DNA of 64,000 bases from Octopus vulgaris. Lineage: Eukaryota. Of this stretch, positions 63,120 to 64,000 are shown one piece after another; the first letter of the stretch is position 1, and each line of letters opens with the position of its first letter. The notes beneath the pieces were generated by a model that was not told the origin of the DNA, did not search any database, and was given only the letters and a program-made list of their open reading frames with translations. A program made the position numbers and the translations under genes. Location of the stretch: positions 57,164,001 to 57,228,000 of the forward strand of contig OX597829.1 in NCBI GenBank assembly GCA_951406725.2, in the 5' to 3' direction.

Positions 63120-63290
63120 AGAGCTGGTGTCACGTAAAAATTCCCCAGTACACTCTGTAAAGTGGTTGGTTTAAGAAAGGATCCAGTCATAGAAACCATG
63201 CCATAACAGATAATTGGAGTCTGACGTAGCCTTCAGTCAAACCGTCCGACCCATGCCAGCATGGAAAACAGATGTTAAACGATGATGATT
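63120..63290 (+). mobile_element. RTE 3'-tail fragment
   Basis: CCATGCCAGCATGGAAAACAGATGTTAAAC(GAT)n. Confidence 0.85.
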
Positions 63291-63316
63291 ATGACAATGA
63301 TAGATATGAATCTAAC

Positions 63317-63406
63317 CTTCTGTTTGGCAGCTTCTGTAAACAATTGCACAGCTTGAGAGAAATCACTGCTTTCTTCAATATAATGAACTCCAAGATACGT
63401 CTTTGC
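63317..63406 (-). CDS. DELE1: DELE1-like gene, internal coding exon (Sel1 repeat); upstream exons lie outside the window
   Basis: CTTTTCAG|GCAAAG...GAAG|GTTAGA; 90 nt, phase 0/0. AKTYLGVHYIEESSDFSQAVQLFTEAAKQK joins in frame to EPDAKYYLG. Absent from the supplied ORF track. Confidence 0.85.
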
Positions 63407-64000
63407 CTGAAAAGATAAGATCATTTAATGTATAATATGATACTTTAGACGAGGACGATAAAGAAGACGGGGAGAGAAGCGGATTCGTGAACCTGTGGGT
63501 GGATTAAAAGTTGGTCGGTAGTTGTAGGGGGTGAGCTGAATTAATAATAGTCATAAATCAATTCTTTTATGTAACCTTAATACTTTTCTATAGCAAATGG
63601 TCATAACATGCATGATGTGTGTGCGTATGTGTGTGAGCGTGTACATGTGTGCATGTGTGTGAGTCCATTTGTTCAATGCTTACGTGGGTCAACCAAAGTT
63701 ATAGGTAGAGTTCCTATGGCTAGATGCTTTTCCTGTCACCAACCCTTGACTGTTTGCAAGCAAGGCTAGGGACATAGTCTCAAAGAATATTGGAAATGAA
63801 TGACACTCATTTATGACTGTCCCATGATGTCAAGACAAAGAGACACTTGCACACACGCATCACTACTGGATATATTTCTTATTCATCACTGGTTGCAATA
63901 TGCTTCCTAGCATTGTTGTCGCTATCCAATGATGCTACCCTCCTGACAAGGGGCGGGGGGGGGGGACACAGGCCAATGTCTCCCCGTCCCCACAGAACAA

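Overview
This is eukaryotic, AT-rich genomic DNA saturated with microsatellites and transposons. The repeat spectrum (tRNA-derived CORE- and Nin/Deu-type SINEs, RTE LINEs with (GAT)n tails, many Penelope-like elements) suggests an octopus or other coleoid cephalopod; that taxonomy is an inference. Only one host gene is supported: the last three coding exons of a minus-strand Sel1-repeat gene resembling DELE1 (63406-63317, 60645-60462, 58565-58213), with GT-AG sites and consistent phases. The rest is an L1/Tx1 relic with a solo LTR, RTE LINEs, a Gypsy integrase scrap, hAT, mariner and piggyBac relics, Helitrons and one Tc1 with an intact DD34E ORF. Four signals stand out. (i) About eight Penelope-like relics occur, most ending in a type I hammerhead ribozyme motif; two have an intact core (40586-40636 and 53331-53420). 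(ii) An unexplained structured RNA in one Penelope tail has a three-way junction, a kink-turn and a possible kissing loop (37656-37786). (iii) Long foldback palindromes look like inverted Penelope ends. (iv) An RTE LINE has a twin-priming 5' inversion with its TSD. Most ORFs in the supplied track are microsatellite artefacts. All calls were made by eye, with no database search.
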